Source of the DNA: an uncultured delta proteobacterium
GTDB lineage: Bacteria; Myxococcota_A; Polyangia; Polyangiales; Polyangiaceae
Direction: 5' to 3'
DNA length: 64,000 nt
NCBI GenBank assembly: GCA_963716725.1
Contig: CAVQUB010000015.1
Location: 1 to 64,000, forward strand
Shown: positions 21,761 through 35,450 of the stretch, in pieces
Position numbering within the stretch: position 1 is the stretch's first letter
Layout of the letters: every line of letters starts with the position of its first letter
Position numbers and translations under genes: made by a program
The notes under the pieces: generated by a model
Database searches by the model: none
Told to the model about the DNA's origin: nothing
The model's input: the letters and a program-made list of their open reading frames with translations, nothing else

Positions 21761-22844
21761 CGAACGCGCACGCCGGACTGCTCGGCAAACTCTCCTTTTT
21801 CGATCGCTACCTGACGCTGTGGATCTTCGCCGCGATGGGTCTGGGCATCGCGCTGGGCTTCTTGGCGCCGAGCTTCACGACCGCGCTGAACAGCATGAGC
21901 GTCGGGACGACGTCGATCCCGATCGCGATCGGACTCGTGCTGATGATGTACCCGCCGCTGGCGAAGGTCCGCTACGAGGAGCTGGGCAAGGTCTTTCGCA
22001 ACAAGCGCGTGCTCACGCTCTCGCTGGTGCAGAACTGGATCATCGGCCCGATCCTGATGTTCGGCCTCGCGGTCGTGTTCCTGCGCGACAAGCCCGAGTA
22101 CATGCTCGGCCTCATCCTCATCGGCCTCGCGCGCTGCATCGCGATGGTCATCGTCTGGAACGACCTCGCGAAGGGCGACACCGAGTACTGCGCGGGCCTC
22201 GTCGCGTTCAACTCGATCTTCCAGGTGCTCTTCTTCTCGGTCTACGCCTACTTCTTCGCGACGCTTGCTGCCGACGTGGCTCGGCCTCGAGGGCGCCATC
22301 GTGAACATCACGATCGGCGAGATCGCCAAGAGCGTCGCCATCTACCTGGGAGTGCCGTTCGCGGCGGGCTTCGTCACGCGCCGCGTCCTCGTCGCAGCCG
22401 AAGGGCCGCGACTGGTACGAGAAGGTCTTCGTCCCGCGCATCAGCCCGATCACGCTCGTCTCGCTGCTGTTCACCATCGTGGTGATGTTCTCGCTCAAGG
22501 GCGAGGCGATCGTGCAGCTGCCGCTCGACGTGCTGCGTATCGCCGCCCCTCTGCTGATCTACTTCGTGGTGATGTTCGCGGTCTCGTTCTTCATGAGCAA
22601 GCGCGTCGGCGCCAACTACAAGCAGTCCGCGACGCTGTCGTTCACGGCGGCGTCCAACAACTTCGAGCTCGCCATCGCCGTGGCCATCGCGAGCTTCGGC
22701 ATCCACAGCGGCGCGGCCTTCGCCGCCGTGATCGGCCCGCTCGTCGAGGTGCCGGCGCTGATCGGCCTGGTGAACGTCTCGCTCTGGGCGCAGAAGCGCT
22801 TCTTTCCGAGCACGCCGATCGAGGCCTCCGCATCGAAAGCCTGA
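21757..22844 (+). CDS. acr3: ACR3-family arsenite efflux transporter (frameshifts ~22265-22400)
   Basis: [37 protein letters not shown] and GPLVEVP. Confidence 0.92.
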
Positions 22845-22848
22845 GGTC

Positions 22849-23280
22849 ATGAGCGACGAAGCCAAGAGCATCCTGTTCCTCTGCGTCGCGAACTCCGCCC
22901 GCAGCCAGATGGCCGAGGGGCTCGGTCGCATGATCTTCGGCGACCGCGTGCGCGTGCAGAGCGCGGGGAGCGAGCCGTCGAAGGTGAGCCCCTTCGCCGT
23001 CGAGGTCATGCGCGAGCTTGGAGTCGATCTCAGTGCGCATCACTCGAAATCGGTGCAGACGATCGACCCCGCCACGGTCGGGACGGTCATCACTCTGTGC
23101 GCCGAGGAGGTGTGCCCGGTGTTCCTCGGCAAGGCGCGGCGTCTGCATTGGCCGATTCCAGACCCGGCGAGCCAGGACCCCTCGATCTCGCGCGCGCAGA
23201 TGCTCACGCGCTTCCGCACAGCGCGAGACACCATCCGCGGCATGCTCGACCGCTTCGCGAGCGAGGGCGGCGCGAACTGA
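22849..23280 (+). CDS. arsC: Arsenate reductase (LMW-PTP fold)
   Basis: [15 protein letters not shown] and HWPIPDP. Confidence 0.9.
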   Translation: MSDEAKSILFLCVANSARSQMAEGLGRMIFGDRVRVQSAGSEPSKVSPFAVEVMRELGVDLSAHHSKSVQTIDPATVGTVITLCAEEVCPVFLGKARRLHWPIPDPASQDPSISRAQMLTRFRTARDTIRGMLDRFASEGGAN

Positions 23281-23332
23281 CTTGCGTTCTTTTTCGCGAG
23301 GTCACCGTCTTGATCAGTAGGAGGTTACGAAG

Positions 23333-24163
23333 ATGAATGAGCAGAAGAAGGACGACGTACGCGCAGCAGTGCGCGAACAGTATGGCAACGTGGCGCGCAC
23401 GTCGGGTGCCCAGGGCTGCGCCCCTGGATGCTGCGGGCCCGGCGCAAACGCGAGCCTGGCGCTTGGCTACGCGCCCGAGGACCTCGCCGCAGTGCCCGAG
23501 GGCGCGAATATGGGGCTCGGCTGCGGCAACCCGCAGGCCATCGCCGCGCTCGCGGTCGGAGAGACGGTCCTCGACCTCGGCGCTGGGGGCGGTTTCGACT
23601 GCTTCCTCGCCGCGAAGCAGGTGGGTGCGACGGGGCGAGTGATCGGCGTCGACATGACCGCAGACATGATCTCGAAAGCGCGCGCGAACGCGCTGAAGCT
23701 CGAGGCGAAGAACGTCGAGTTCCGGCTCGGCGAGATCGAGCATCTGCCGGTCGCCGACAACAGCGTCGACGTCATCCTCTCCAACTGCGTGATCAACTTG
23801 AGCCCCGACAAAGGCGCGGTCTTTCAGGACGCGTTTCGCGTGCTGAAGCCCGGTGGACGCCTTGCCATCTCGGACGTGGTGGCCACAAAACCGCTTCCAG
23901 AAACCCTGGCCAATGACATCGCCGCGCTCACTGGCTGCGTCGCCGGAGCGGCGAGCGTCGAGACTCTCCTCGCGCTGCTCCGAGTCACGGGCTTCGAGAA
24001 CATTCGCGTCAACGTGAACGAAGAGAGTCGCGCCTTCATCCGTGACTGGATGCCTGGATCGGGTGTGGAGGATTACGTTGCATCGGCCACCATCGAGGCG
24101 GTGAAGGCCGACGCCAAGTCGTGCTGCGGACCTTCGTGCTGCGCGCCGGAGACCTCGGCGTGA
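23333..24163 (+). CDS. arsM: Arsenite S-adenosylmethionine methyltransferase
   Basis: [28 protein letters not shown] and Cys-rich termini. Confidence 0.92.
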   Translation: MNEQKKDDVRAAVREQYGNVARTSGAQGCAPGCCGPGANASLALGYAPEDLAAVPEGANMGLGCGNPQAIAALAVGETVLDLGAGGGFDCFLAAKQVGATGRVIGVDMTADMISKARANALKLEAKNVEFRLGEIEHLPVADNSVDVILSNCVINLSPDKGAVFQDAFRVLKPGGRLAISDVVATKPLPETLANDIAALTGCVAGAASVETLLALLRVTGFENIRVNVNEESRAFIRDWMPGSGVEDYVASATIEAVKADAKSCCGPSCCAPETSA

Positions 24164-24222
24164 TAGAGGTCGGTGAAGAAGAAGCACGGCAAAGAGCCAC
24201 GAGGCAGGGCGAGGAGCATGAC

Positions 24223-25686
24223 ATGAGCAATGAGAAGAAGCTGACCACCACCGCTGGCGCGCCAGTCGCCGACAACCAGAACGTGATGACCGCGGGACCC
24301 CGCGGGCCCCAACTGCTGCAGGACATCTGGTTCCTGGAGAAGCTGGCGCACTTCGATCGGGAGGTGATCCCCGAGCGCCGCATGCACGCCAAGGGCTCGG
24401 GAGCCTACGGCTCCTTCACCGTCACCCACGACATCACCAAGTATACCAAGGCCAAGATTTTCTCGGCGGTTGGCAAGAAAACCGAACTGTTCGCACGCTT
24501 CTCCACCGTGGCCGGCGAGCGCGGTGCGGCCGATGCCGAGCGCGACATCCGCGGCTTCGCGATGAAGTTCTTCACCGAGGAAGGCAACTGGGATCTCGTC
24601 GGCAACAACACGCCGGTCTTCTTCCTTCGCGACCCGCTCAAGTTCCCGGACCTCAACCACGCGGTCAAGCGCGACCCCAAGACCAACCTGCGCAGCGCCC
24701 GCAACAACTGGGACTTCTGGACCAACCTGCCGGAGTCGTTGCACCAGGTCACCATCACCATGAGCGATCGGGGCATCCCGCGGTCGTACCGTCACATGAA
24801 CGGCTACGGTAGCCATGCCTACAGCTTGATCAACGCGAAGGGCGAGCGGTTCTGGGTCAAGTTTCACCTCAAGACCCAGCAGGGCATCGAGAACCTCACC
24901 GACCAGGAAGCCGAGGCGACCATCGGCAGGTGCCGCGAGAGCCACCAGCGTGATCTGCTCGACAGCATCGAGAGGGGCGACTTGCCGAAGTGGAGCCTGA
25001 AGATCCAGGTGGTCGCCGAGGCTGACGCCGCCAAATTCCCCTTCAACCCCTTCGACTTGACCAAGGTCTGGCCCCACACGGACTACCCGCTCATCGACGT
25101 GGGCGTCATGGAGCTCAACAGGAACCCCGAGAACTACTTCGCGGAGGTCGAACAGGCGGCCTTCAACCCGGCCAACATCGTCCCCGGCATCGGCTTTTCG
25201 CCAGACAAGATGCTGCAAGGTCGGCTGTTCTCCTACGGCGACGCGCAGCGCTACCGTCTGGGCGTCAACCACCAACTCATTCCGGTGAACCGCGCCCGCT
25301 GTCCGGTGCACGCGTTCCATCGCGACGGTCAGATGCGGGTGGACGACAACTACGGTGGCACGCTCGGCTACGAGCCCAACAGCTACGGTGAGTGGCAGGA
25401 GCAGCCCGAGCAGCGCGAGCCCCCGCTCGAGCTTCAGGGGGCGGCCGATCACTTTAGCCACCGCCAAGACGATGACGACTACTACTCCCAGCCCCGCGCG
25501 CTGTTTCGACTCATGAGCGTGGCCCAGCAGAAAGCGCTGTTCGAAAACACCGCTCGGGCGATGGGCGATGCACCCAAGGAGATCAAGCTCCGGCACATCG
25601 GCAACTGTCTGAAGGCAGATCCCGCCTATGGCGAAGGAGTGGCCAGCGCCCTGGGCATCCCGATGAGCGAGATCCCGAAGCCGTAG
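24223..25686 (+). CDS. katA: Monofunctional heme catalase
   Basis: [28 protein letters not shown] and [14 protein letters not shown]. Confidence 0.95.
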   Translation: MSNEKKLTTTAGAPVADNQNVMTAGPRGPQLLQDIWFLEKLAHFDREVIPERRMHAKGSGAYGSFTVTHDITKYTKAKIFSAVGKKTELFARFSTVAGERGAADAERDIRGFAMKFFTEEGNWDLVGNNTPVFFLRDPLKFPDLNHAVKRDPKTNLRSARNNWDFWTNLPESLHQVTITMSDRGIPRSYRHMNGYGSHAYSLINAKGERFWVKFHLKTQQGIENLTDQEAEATIGRCRESHQRDLLDSIERGDLPKWSLKIQVVAEADAAKFPFNPFDLTKVWPHTDYPLIDVGVMELNRNPENYFAEVEQAAFNPANIVPGIGFSPDKMLQGRLFSYGDAQRYRLGVNHQLIPVNRARCPVHAFHRDGQMRVDDNYGGTLGYEPNSYGEWQEQPEQREPPLELQGAADHFSHRQDDDDYYSQPRALFRLMSVAQQKALFENTARAMGDAPKEIKLRHIGNCLKADPAYGEGVASALGIPMSEIPKP

Positions 25687-25780
25687 CCGCAGGCAGCGCG
25701 TCGTTGGTGGGGTGACGTGGTGCCTGAGGGTCGGCGCCCCGATGGCCTGGCAGGCTCCGGCGCCTCGAGCCTTCGCGACC

Positions 25781-25963
25781 TCACCGGTCGGCACCCGGTG
25801 CGCCGCCCTCGTTCTCCCAGCGCGCGAGCTCGGGCGCGAGCGAGGTGGGCGAGGTGGCGGCTGTCTCGAGGCTTGGCGCCGACGGCGGTCGATCCGGAAT
25901 ATGGGGCTCCGTGCGGGTCGGACCGGAGCCGTCGAGCCGACGGCGTTCGGTGAGCGAGAGCAT
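25781..25963 (-). CDS. Small protein (60 aa) with C-terminal RWENEGG motif
   Basis: Strong SD aaaggagg before ATG 25963; directly downstream of the sigma54 activator. Confidence 0.6.
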   Translation of the reverse strand: MLSLTERRRLDGSGPTRTEPHIPDRPPSAPSLETAATSPTSLAPELARWENEGGAPGADR

Positions 25964-25986
25964 CACGACCTCCTTTCGCGGGGAGT

Positions 25987-27003
25987 TCAAGCAGGAGTCG
26001 TGCCATCAGGTCCACCGTAGCTGCGCAGTTTGCGCCAAAGGGTGTTGCGCGCGATGCCGAGGACGCGCGCAGCCTCTGACTGAGAGCCGCCGCAAGCGTC
26101 GAGCACCAGGAGCAGGTGATCGCGCTCCACCTCGGCGAGCGACCGCAAGGTGGATGGGGTGGGAGGGGGCGTGCGTGTACCGCTCCCAGGCACGCGCGCC
26201 AGCTCGTCAGGTAGTTCCTCCTCGCGGATCTCCGGTCCGAGCGCGAGGGCCGCGCCATGCTTCACCGCGTTCTGCAGCTCTCGCACATTGCCCGGCCACG
26301 AATAGCCGACGAGCCGGGCCTTGGCGCTCGCGCTGAAGGCTTGCGCCTGGGTTTGCTCATCCTCGAGCAGATGGTGGGCGAGGGGAAGAATGTCCTCCAG
26401 CCGCTCGCGCAATGGTGGCACCTCCAGCGACAGCACCTTGAGGCGGTAGAAGAGGTCCTCGCGGAACTCGCCCTGACGGACTCGCTCAGCCAAGTTGCGG
26501 TGGGTCGCACACAACACGCGAACATCGACCGCAAAGGATTCGTTCTCGCCAACGCGCCGGAGCTCGCCGTCCTGCAACGCCCGCAGGAGCTTGGCCTGGA
26601 GCGGCAACGACATCTCACCGATCTCGTCGAGGAACAGACTGCCCTTGTCCGCTGCCTCGAAGAGTCCGCGGCGCGCGGCGCCAGCGCCCGTGAAGGCTCC
26701 CTTGCCATGGCCGAACAGCTCGGACTCCAGGAGTTCGGCGGGCAACGCGGCGACGTTGACGGCGACGAAGGGCTGACTCGCGCGCGAAGAGTTCGCGTGC
26801 AGGATGCGGGCGACGATCTCTTTGCCACTGCCCGTCTCGCCCAACACGACGACCGGCGCGTCGCTGGTGGCGAAGCGCGCCGCGCGCTTGAGAACAGCCT
26901 GCATCGCGGCGCTCCGGGCCACGACGTGTGCTGAGCCCTTCAACAGAGGTCCGCGGGGAACCAGGCCACAGACGCTGCAAAGGGCTCCGCTTGAACGTTC
27001 CAC
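25987..27003 (-). CDS. sigma54-dependent enhancer-binding protein (AAA+ and Fis HTH) with short CxxC N-terminus
   Basis: [29 protein letters not shown] and [15 protein letters not shown]. Confidence 0.92.
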   Translation of the reverse strand: MERSSGALCSVCGLVPRGPLLKGSAHVVARSAAMQAVLKRAARFATSDAPVVVLGETGSGKEIVARILHANSSRASQPFVAVNVAALPAELLESELFGHGKGAFTGAGAARRGLFEAADKGSLFLDEIGEMSLPLQAKLLRALQDGELRRVGENESFAVDVRVLCATHRNLAERVRQGEFREDLFYRLKVLSLEVPPLRERLEDILPLAHHLLEDEQTQAQAFSASAKARLVGYSWPGNVRELQNAVKHGAALALGPEIREEELPDELARVPGSGTRTPPPTPSTLRSLAEVERDHLLLVLDACGGSQSEAARVLGIARNTLWRKLRSYGGPDGTTPA

Positions 27004-27024
27004 TTGTTACGTTGTGGAACGTTC
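26993..27024. promoter_or_regulatory. Perfect 11-bp dyad, candidate enhancer/autoregulatory site
   Basis: gaacgttccac-N10-gtggaacgttc overlapping the activator start codon. Confidence 0.6.
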
Positions 27025-27092
27025 GATGGAACAAATCAAGGGTCGGGCTCGTTTTCCTGGTTGAATTTGGCCACTTCAACGCTAGTCAGGTG

Positions 27093-27108
27093 CGGCGCGT
27101 TTCTTGCT
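27093..27108 (+). promoter_or_regulatory. sigma54 (-24/-12) promoter of ric
   Basis: cGGcgcgtttcttGCt (GG-N10-GC); a second GG-N10-GC at 27068-27083. Confidence 0.6.
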
Positions 27109-27136
27109 GGGCGGTCGGCCAAGGAGATCCCCCCGA

Positions 27137-27811
27137 ATGTTGAATTCTCTACAAACCGTCGCGAGTGTGGTCCTCGACCACTCCGAGTGCGCTCAAGTCT
27201 TCCAGCAGCATCGCATCGACTTCTGCTGCCGTGGCGAGCTGAGCATCGAAGCCGCGGCAAAGGAAAAGGGCGTGGACGTCGGGGCGCTCATCGGCGAGCT
27301 GTCCCGGGTCATCGAGCAGCGACAGGGAGCCCACCCCGCCGACCTGCGTGAGCTGTCGACGCCGCAGCTGGTCGCGCACATCGTCTCCAAGCACCACGAG
27401 TACCTGCGCCGGATGCTGCCCTTCGCGAGGGGCATGGCGGCGAAGGTGAGTCGCGTGCACGGGGATCACAACCCCAAGCTCCGTGATCTCCTGGCCGCCG
27501 TCGAGGAGCTCGCTGACTCGCTGGGGCCGCACCTCGACGAGGAGGAGCAGACGCTCTTTCCGGCGCTCGTGGCCACACAGCCCGATGCGGCGGCGGTCAC
27601 GAAGCTCCTGCAATCCATGCACGAAGAGCACCTCGCGGTGGCGCAGCTCCTCGAGAGGATCCGCGCGGCGAGCGACGACTTCACGCTGCCGGACTGGGCG
27701 TGCAACAGCTACCGGACGCTATTTTCCGAGTTGGAGCAGCTCGAGGGCGACGTGTTCACCCACGTCCACCTAGAGAACCACGTGCTCAGGCCGCGCTTCG
27801 CGACCCAATAG
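27137..27811 (+). CDS. ric: Iron-sulfur cluster repair di-iron protein (Ric/YtfE/ScdA)
   Basis: IDFCCRG, HHEYLR, EEEQTLFP, EEH and HVHLEN; SD aaggag. Confidence 0.92.
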   Translation: MLNSLQTVASVVLDHSECAQVFQQHRIDFCCRGELSIEAAAKEKGVDVGALIGELSRVIEQRQGAHPADLRELSTPQLVAHIVSKHHEYLRRMLPFARGMAAKVSRVHGDHNPKLRDLLAAVEELADSLGPHLDEEEQTLFPALVATQPDAAAVTKLLQSMHEEHLAVAQLLERIRAASDDFTLPDWACNSYRTLFSELEQLEGDVFTHVHLENHVLRPRFATQ

Positions 27812-27840
27812 CTGATTGGTGCGATCGCGGGTCGCTTGAC

Positions 27841-27886
27841 GACCAGAGCGGAGCCGACGCGTGAGTCGCGCCGGCCCGCTCGGTCG
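27841..27886. terminator. Long imperfect GC hairpin between convergent genes
   Basis: gaccagagcggagccgacgcg / cgcgccggcccgctcggtc. Confidence 0.4.
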
Positions 27887-27893
27887 ATGCTTC

Positions 27894-28307
<414 letters not shown>

Positions 28308-28615
28308 TTGCTCTGTCTTCTCTCGTTTGCGGCTCGGGAGACGCCGGGGCGTCCATTCGACCCTCCCGCGCCGCCGCTGCTCGGGGGGGTGGCGGCGCCA
28401 GCCGCCGCCCAGTTTCGTGACCGTGCCCCGATGAAACCGACCTTCCGCGTTCCCAAGAAAACGAGAGAGCAGTGAGCCGAGTGCCAGAGACGTTCGCGAC
28501 GGGCGGGGTCTAACACGCGGAAGATTGGCCCGCAATTAGCCATTTTGCCCCAACCGGCGGGGTGGGGGTCGGAGGCGTCGGGAACGTGGTAACTAGCGGA
28601 AATGAGGGCCTCGGG

Positions 28616-28942
28616 ATGACCCCCAAGAACACCCTGGGCGGAGCCGTGGTCGTCGTCGCTAGCGCCATCGCCGTCACCGCCTGCGCGGGCGGGACCGTGA
28701 CTCCGACCCTGGTCAGTGCGGCTCAGAAGCGCTGGCCGGAAGCGTCACAGGAGTCATTGGAGCGCGGGCGCTCGCTCTACGTCTCGAAGTGCCAGGACTG
28801 TCACGCCCTGCCGGCACCGAAGGGGCACTCCGCCGAGGAGTGGCCCAAGTACATGGAGAAGATGGGCAAGCTCGCATCGTTGGACGCCGCTGGTGCCGAG
28901 CTGGTGCTGCGCTACGTCATCGCGGCGCGAGACGCGGAGTGA
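28616..28942 (+). CDS. Monoheme c-type cytochrome lipoprotein
   Basis: Lipobox-like VTAC, CQDCH and distal Met (MEKM). Confidence 0.8.
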   Translation: MTPKNTLGGAVVVVASAIAVTACAGGTVTPTLVSAAQKRWPEASQESLERGRSLYVSKCQDCHALPAPKGHSAEEWPKYMEKMGKLASLDAAGAELVLRYVIAARDAE

Positions 28943-29537
28943 CGCTCGCGATCCGCAGCCGGCGGCTCTTGCGCTGCGAACGCTGTGGACTCGCCCAGCA
29001 GCTCTGCCTGTGCGCCGAGCTTCCCCGCATCGCGACGACGACGAGCGTCATGATCTTGATGCATCGCAACGAGGTCGGCCGGACCAGCAACACGGGGCGA
29101 CTCGCGCTGGCAGTGCTCGAGCGCGGGCGGGTCTCGATCCGTGGCGCGCCGGGCGTGGTGCCCGAGCCGATACCCACGGGGCGCCGCGTGGTGCTGTTTC
29201 CTCTGGCAGACGCCCGCGAGCTGGAGGCCCCCGATGCTGACGGGCCGCTCACTTTGGTGGTGCCCGATGGGAGCTGGTCGCAAGCCAAGCGTATGCTCGC
29301 GCGGGAGCCCTGGGCTCGCGCCGCGGAAGTGGTGCGCCTGCCCGCCTCGTCGAGGGCCAGTCGCTACGATTTGCGAAGGCAGAACCGCCCCGGAGCCATG
29401 TGCACCTTCGAAGCGGTGGCGCGTGCGTTGGGGGTGCTCGAGGGTCCGGAGGTCGAGCTCGAGATGCTGCGGGTGCTCGACGCGTTTCTGGTGCGCGTGC
29501 GCCACATGCGGGCTCTGGGCGGGCAGCTGCGCGGCGG

Positions 29538-29541
<4 letters not shown>
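28939..29541 (+). CDS. DTW-domain tRNA-uridine aminocarboxypropyltransferase (TapT-like)
   Basis: CERC..LCLC, SNTG, VPDGSWSQA and TFEA. Confidence 0.85.
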
Positions 29542-31451
<1,910 letters not shown>

Positions 31452-31554
31452 CCTGAGCCGAGGCTACCAGAACTGGGAGCGTGATCGGCCGAATTGCCGC
31501 GGGCCGCGCGCGCCGCTCGACGCGCTGGGTGCGAGCGACTAGTTGATCGACTTC

Positions 31555-33200
<1,646 letters not shown>

Positions 33201-33204
<4 letters not shown>

Positions 33205-34925
33205 CCGATCCGCTCGTGGCGCTCGCGCCCGTATTGCGAAGCGCCATCGAAAGGGCTTTCGGTGCTGAGCTCGCGGACACCGATCCGGTGCTGCGCTCGT
33301 CCCAACACGCTGACTTTCAGGCGAACCTGGCGCTGCCCCTGGGCAAGCGGCTGGGCCGGCCACCGCGGGAAGTGGCGGCGGCGCTGGTCGCCGAGATCCC
33401 AACCAGCGATCTAGTGACCAAGACCGAAATCGCAGGGCCAGGGTTCATCAACCTCCACGTCGGCAGCGCCTGGCTGTCGCGGGCCCTCGCCGACGTCGGG
33501 CGAGGCAGCCTGGGTCTGGAGGCGACGACGAGCGTCGAGAACGTCGCCATCGACTACTCGTCGCCCAACGTCGCCAAGGAGATGCACGTCGGTCACCTGC
33601 GCTCGACCATCATCGGCGACGCCCTGGCTCGAGTGCTCGAGGCCCAAGGGCACCGCGTGGTGCGGCAAAATCACCTGGGGGATTGGGGCACGCCCTTCGG
33701 TATGCTGATCGAGCACCTGGTGGATGGCGGCGCCGAGAGCGCCGAGCACTCGGTGCGGGACTTGAATGCGTTCTACCAGGCGGCGCGCAAGAAGTTCGAC
33801 GACGATCCGAGCTTCGCCGATCGCGCGCGTCGACGGGTCGTGCTCTTGCAGGGCGGCGACGCTGACACGCTGTCGCTGTGGAAGAAGCTGGTCGAAGCCT
33901 CGAAGTCGTACTTCGCCAACGTGTACGCGCTGCTCGGGATCAGCCTCGGCGACGCCGACGTCGCGGGCGAGAGCCTGTACAACCCGATGCTCGCCGGGGT
34001 GGTGAAGGACCTTCGCGCCAAGGGCCTCGCGGTGGACAGCGACGGCGCCGTCTGTGTGTTTCCGCCGGGGTTCTCCGGTCGAGACGGCGAGCCGCTGCCG
34101 CTCATCATCCAGAAGCAAGACGGCGGCTATGGCTACGCGACCACCGATCTGGCGGCGGTGCGCTACCGCGTGGAGAAGCTGGGCGCTTCGCGCATCGTCT
34201 ACGTGGTTGGATCGCCGCAGGCCCAGCACCTCGCCATGGTCTTCGAGGCTGCGAAGCTCGCGGGATGGCTCCCGCCAGCGACTCGAGCCGAGCACGTGGC
34301 CTTCGGATCGGTGCTCGGAGCCGACAAGAAGATGCTCAAGACGCGCGCCGGGCAGACCACCCGGCTCATCGATCTGCTCGACGAAGCCGTCAGCCGCGCG
34401 CGCGCCATCGTCGCGGAGAAGAACCCGGGCCTCGAAGCGAGCGAGCAGGAGGCCATTGCTCGCGCCGTCGGTATCGGCGCCGTGAAATATGCGGATCTCT
34501 CCAGCGACCGCATCAAAGATTACGTCTTCGACTGGGATCGCATGCTGGCCTTCGAGGGCAACACGGCGCCCTACTTGCAGTACGCCCACGCGCGCATTCG
34601 CTCGATCTTTCGCAAGGGTGAGGCCGCGGTGCCGGCTCCCGACTCCATTGTCGTGGTCGCGCCTGCCGAGCGCGCGCTGGCGCTCCGACTGCTCGCCTTC
34701 CCCAGCGTGGTGGCCGACGTCGCGGCGACCCTGCACCCGCACAAGCTGTGCGGCTACCTGTTCGAGCTCGCGTCGGCCTTCAGCACGTTTTACGAGAGCT
34801 GTCCGGTGTTGAAAGCCAACACGCCGGCCGAGCGGGACTCGCGGCTGGCGCTCTCGGATCTCACCGCCCGCGTCATCGAGCGCGGCCTCGGCCTGCTGGG
34901 CATCGAAGCGCCCGCCCGCATGTGA
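33201..34925 (+). CDS. argS: Arginine--tRNA ligase
   Basis: [31 protein letters not shown] and [14 protein letters not shown], ending RM. Confidence 0.96.
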
Positions 34926-34937
34926 GCGCGCTGGGGC

Positions 34938-35357
34938 TCACGCGGCGATGGGCGGGCGATCCAGGTTGGCCACCCGCTTCGGTGGCGGCTCGCGCAGCAC
35001 GTAGAGCGCCACGTAGAGCGGCAAGGCGAAGGGGCCGGCGAACAAGAAGCCTGCGAGCCACACGGCGACCGCCCACCCCGGCAAGCGCGGGTCGCGGGTG
35101 GCGTGAACGGCGAGCAGCACCGTCAGGGCCAGCTCGAGCAAGGCAATGCTGACGACGACCACGCCAAACGCGATCCAGTGCTCGGCGCCGAAGGGACCGT
35201 CGAGCAGGCCACCGACCGGATCCGGTGGGGCGCGCAGCCCCCGAGTCCGGAGGTCATGGCTGATCAGCTCGTAGCTGACGTAGCACCCGAGCACGACCGC
35301 AGCGACGATGGGTGTCACAGCGGCGCAGCCGAGGCCGAGTTTGGTGGGGGTCTTCAC
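34938..35357 (-). CDS. Hypothetical membrane protein
   Basis: Three hydrophobic segments; fills the gap between genes. Confidence 0.65.
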   Translation of the reverse strand: MKTPTKLGLGCAAVTPIVAAVVLGCYVSYELISHDLRTRGLRAPPDPVGGLLDGPFGAEHWIAFGVVVVSIALLELALTVLLAVHATRDPRLPGWAVAVWLAGFLFAGPFALPLYVALYVLREPPPKRVANLDRPPIAA

Positions 35358-35450
35358 GCGAGCGGGGACATGCTAAGGCGAAACGCCCGCGCAACAACTG
35401 CGGATCGTCCCCCGTTGTCGGGGCCCAGATCACGAGTTAGCGTTTCTCGC

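Noticed and set aside
19366..24163. Selenocysteine read-through in ars genes
   Set aside because: TGA codons fall at expected protein ends and catalytic positions are ordinary Cys.
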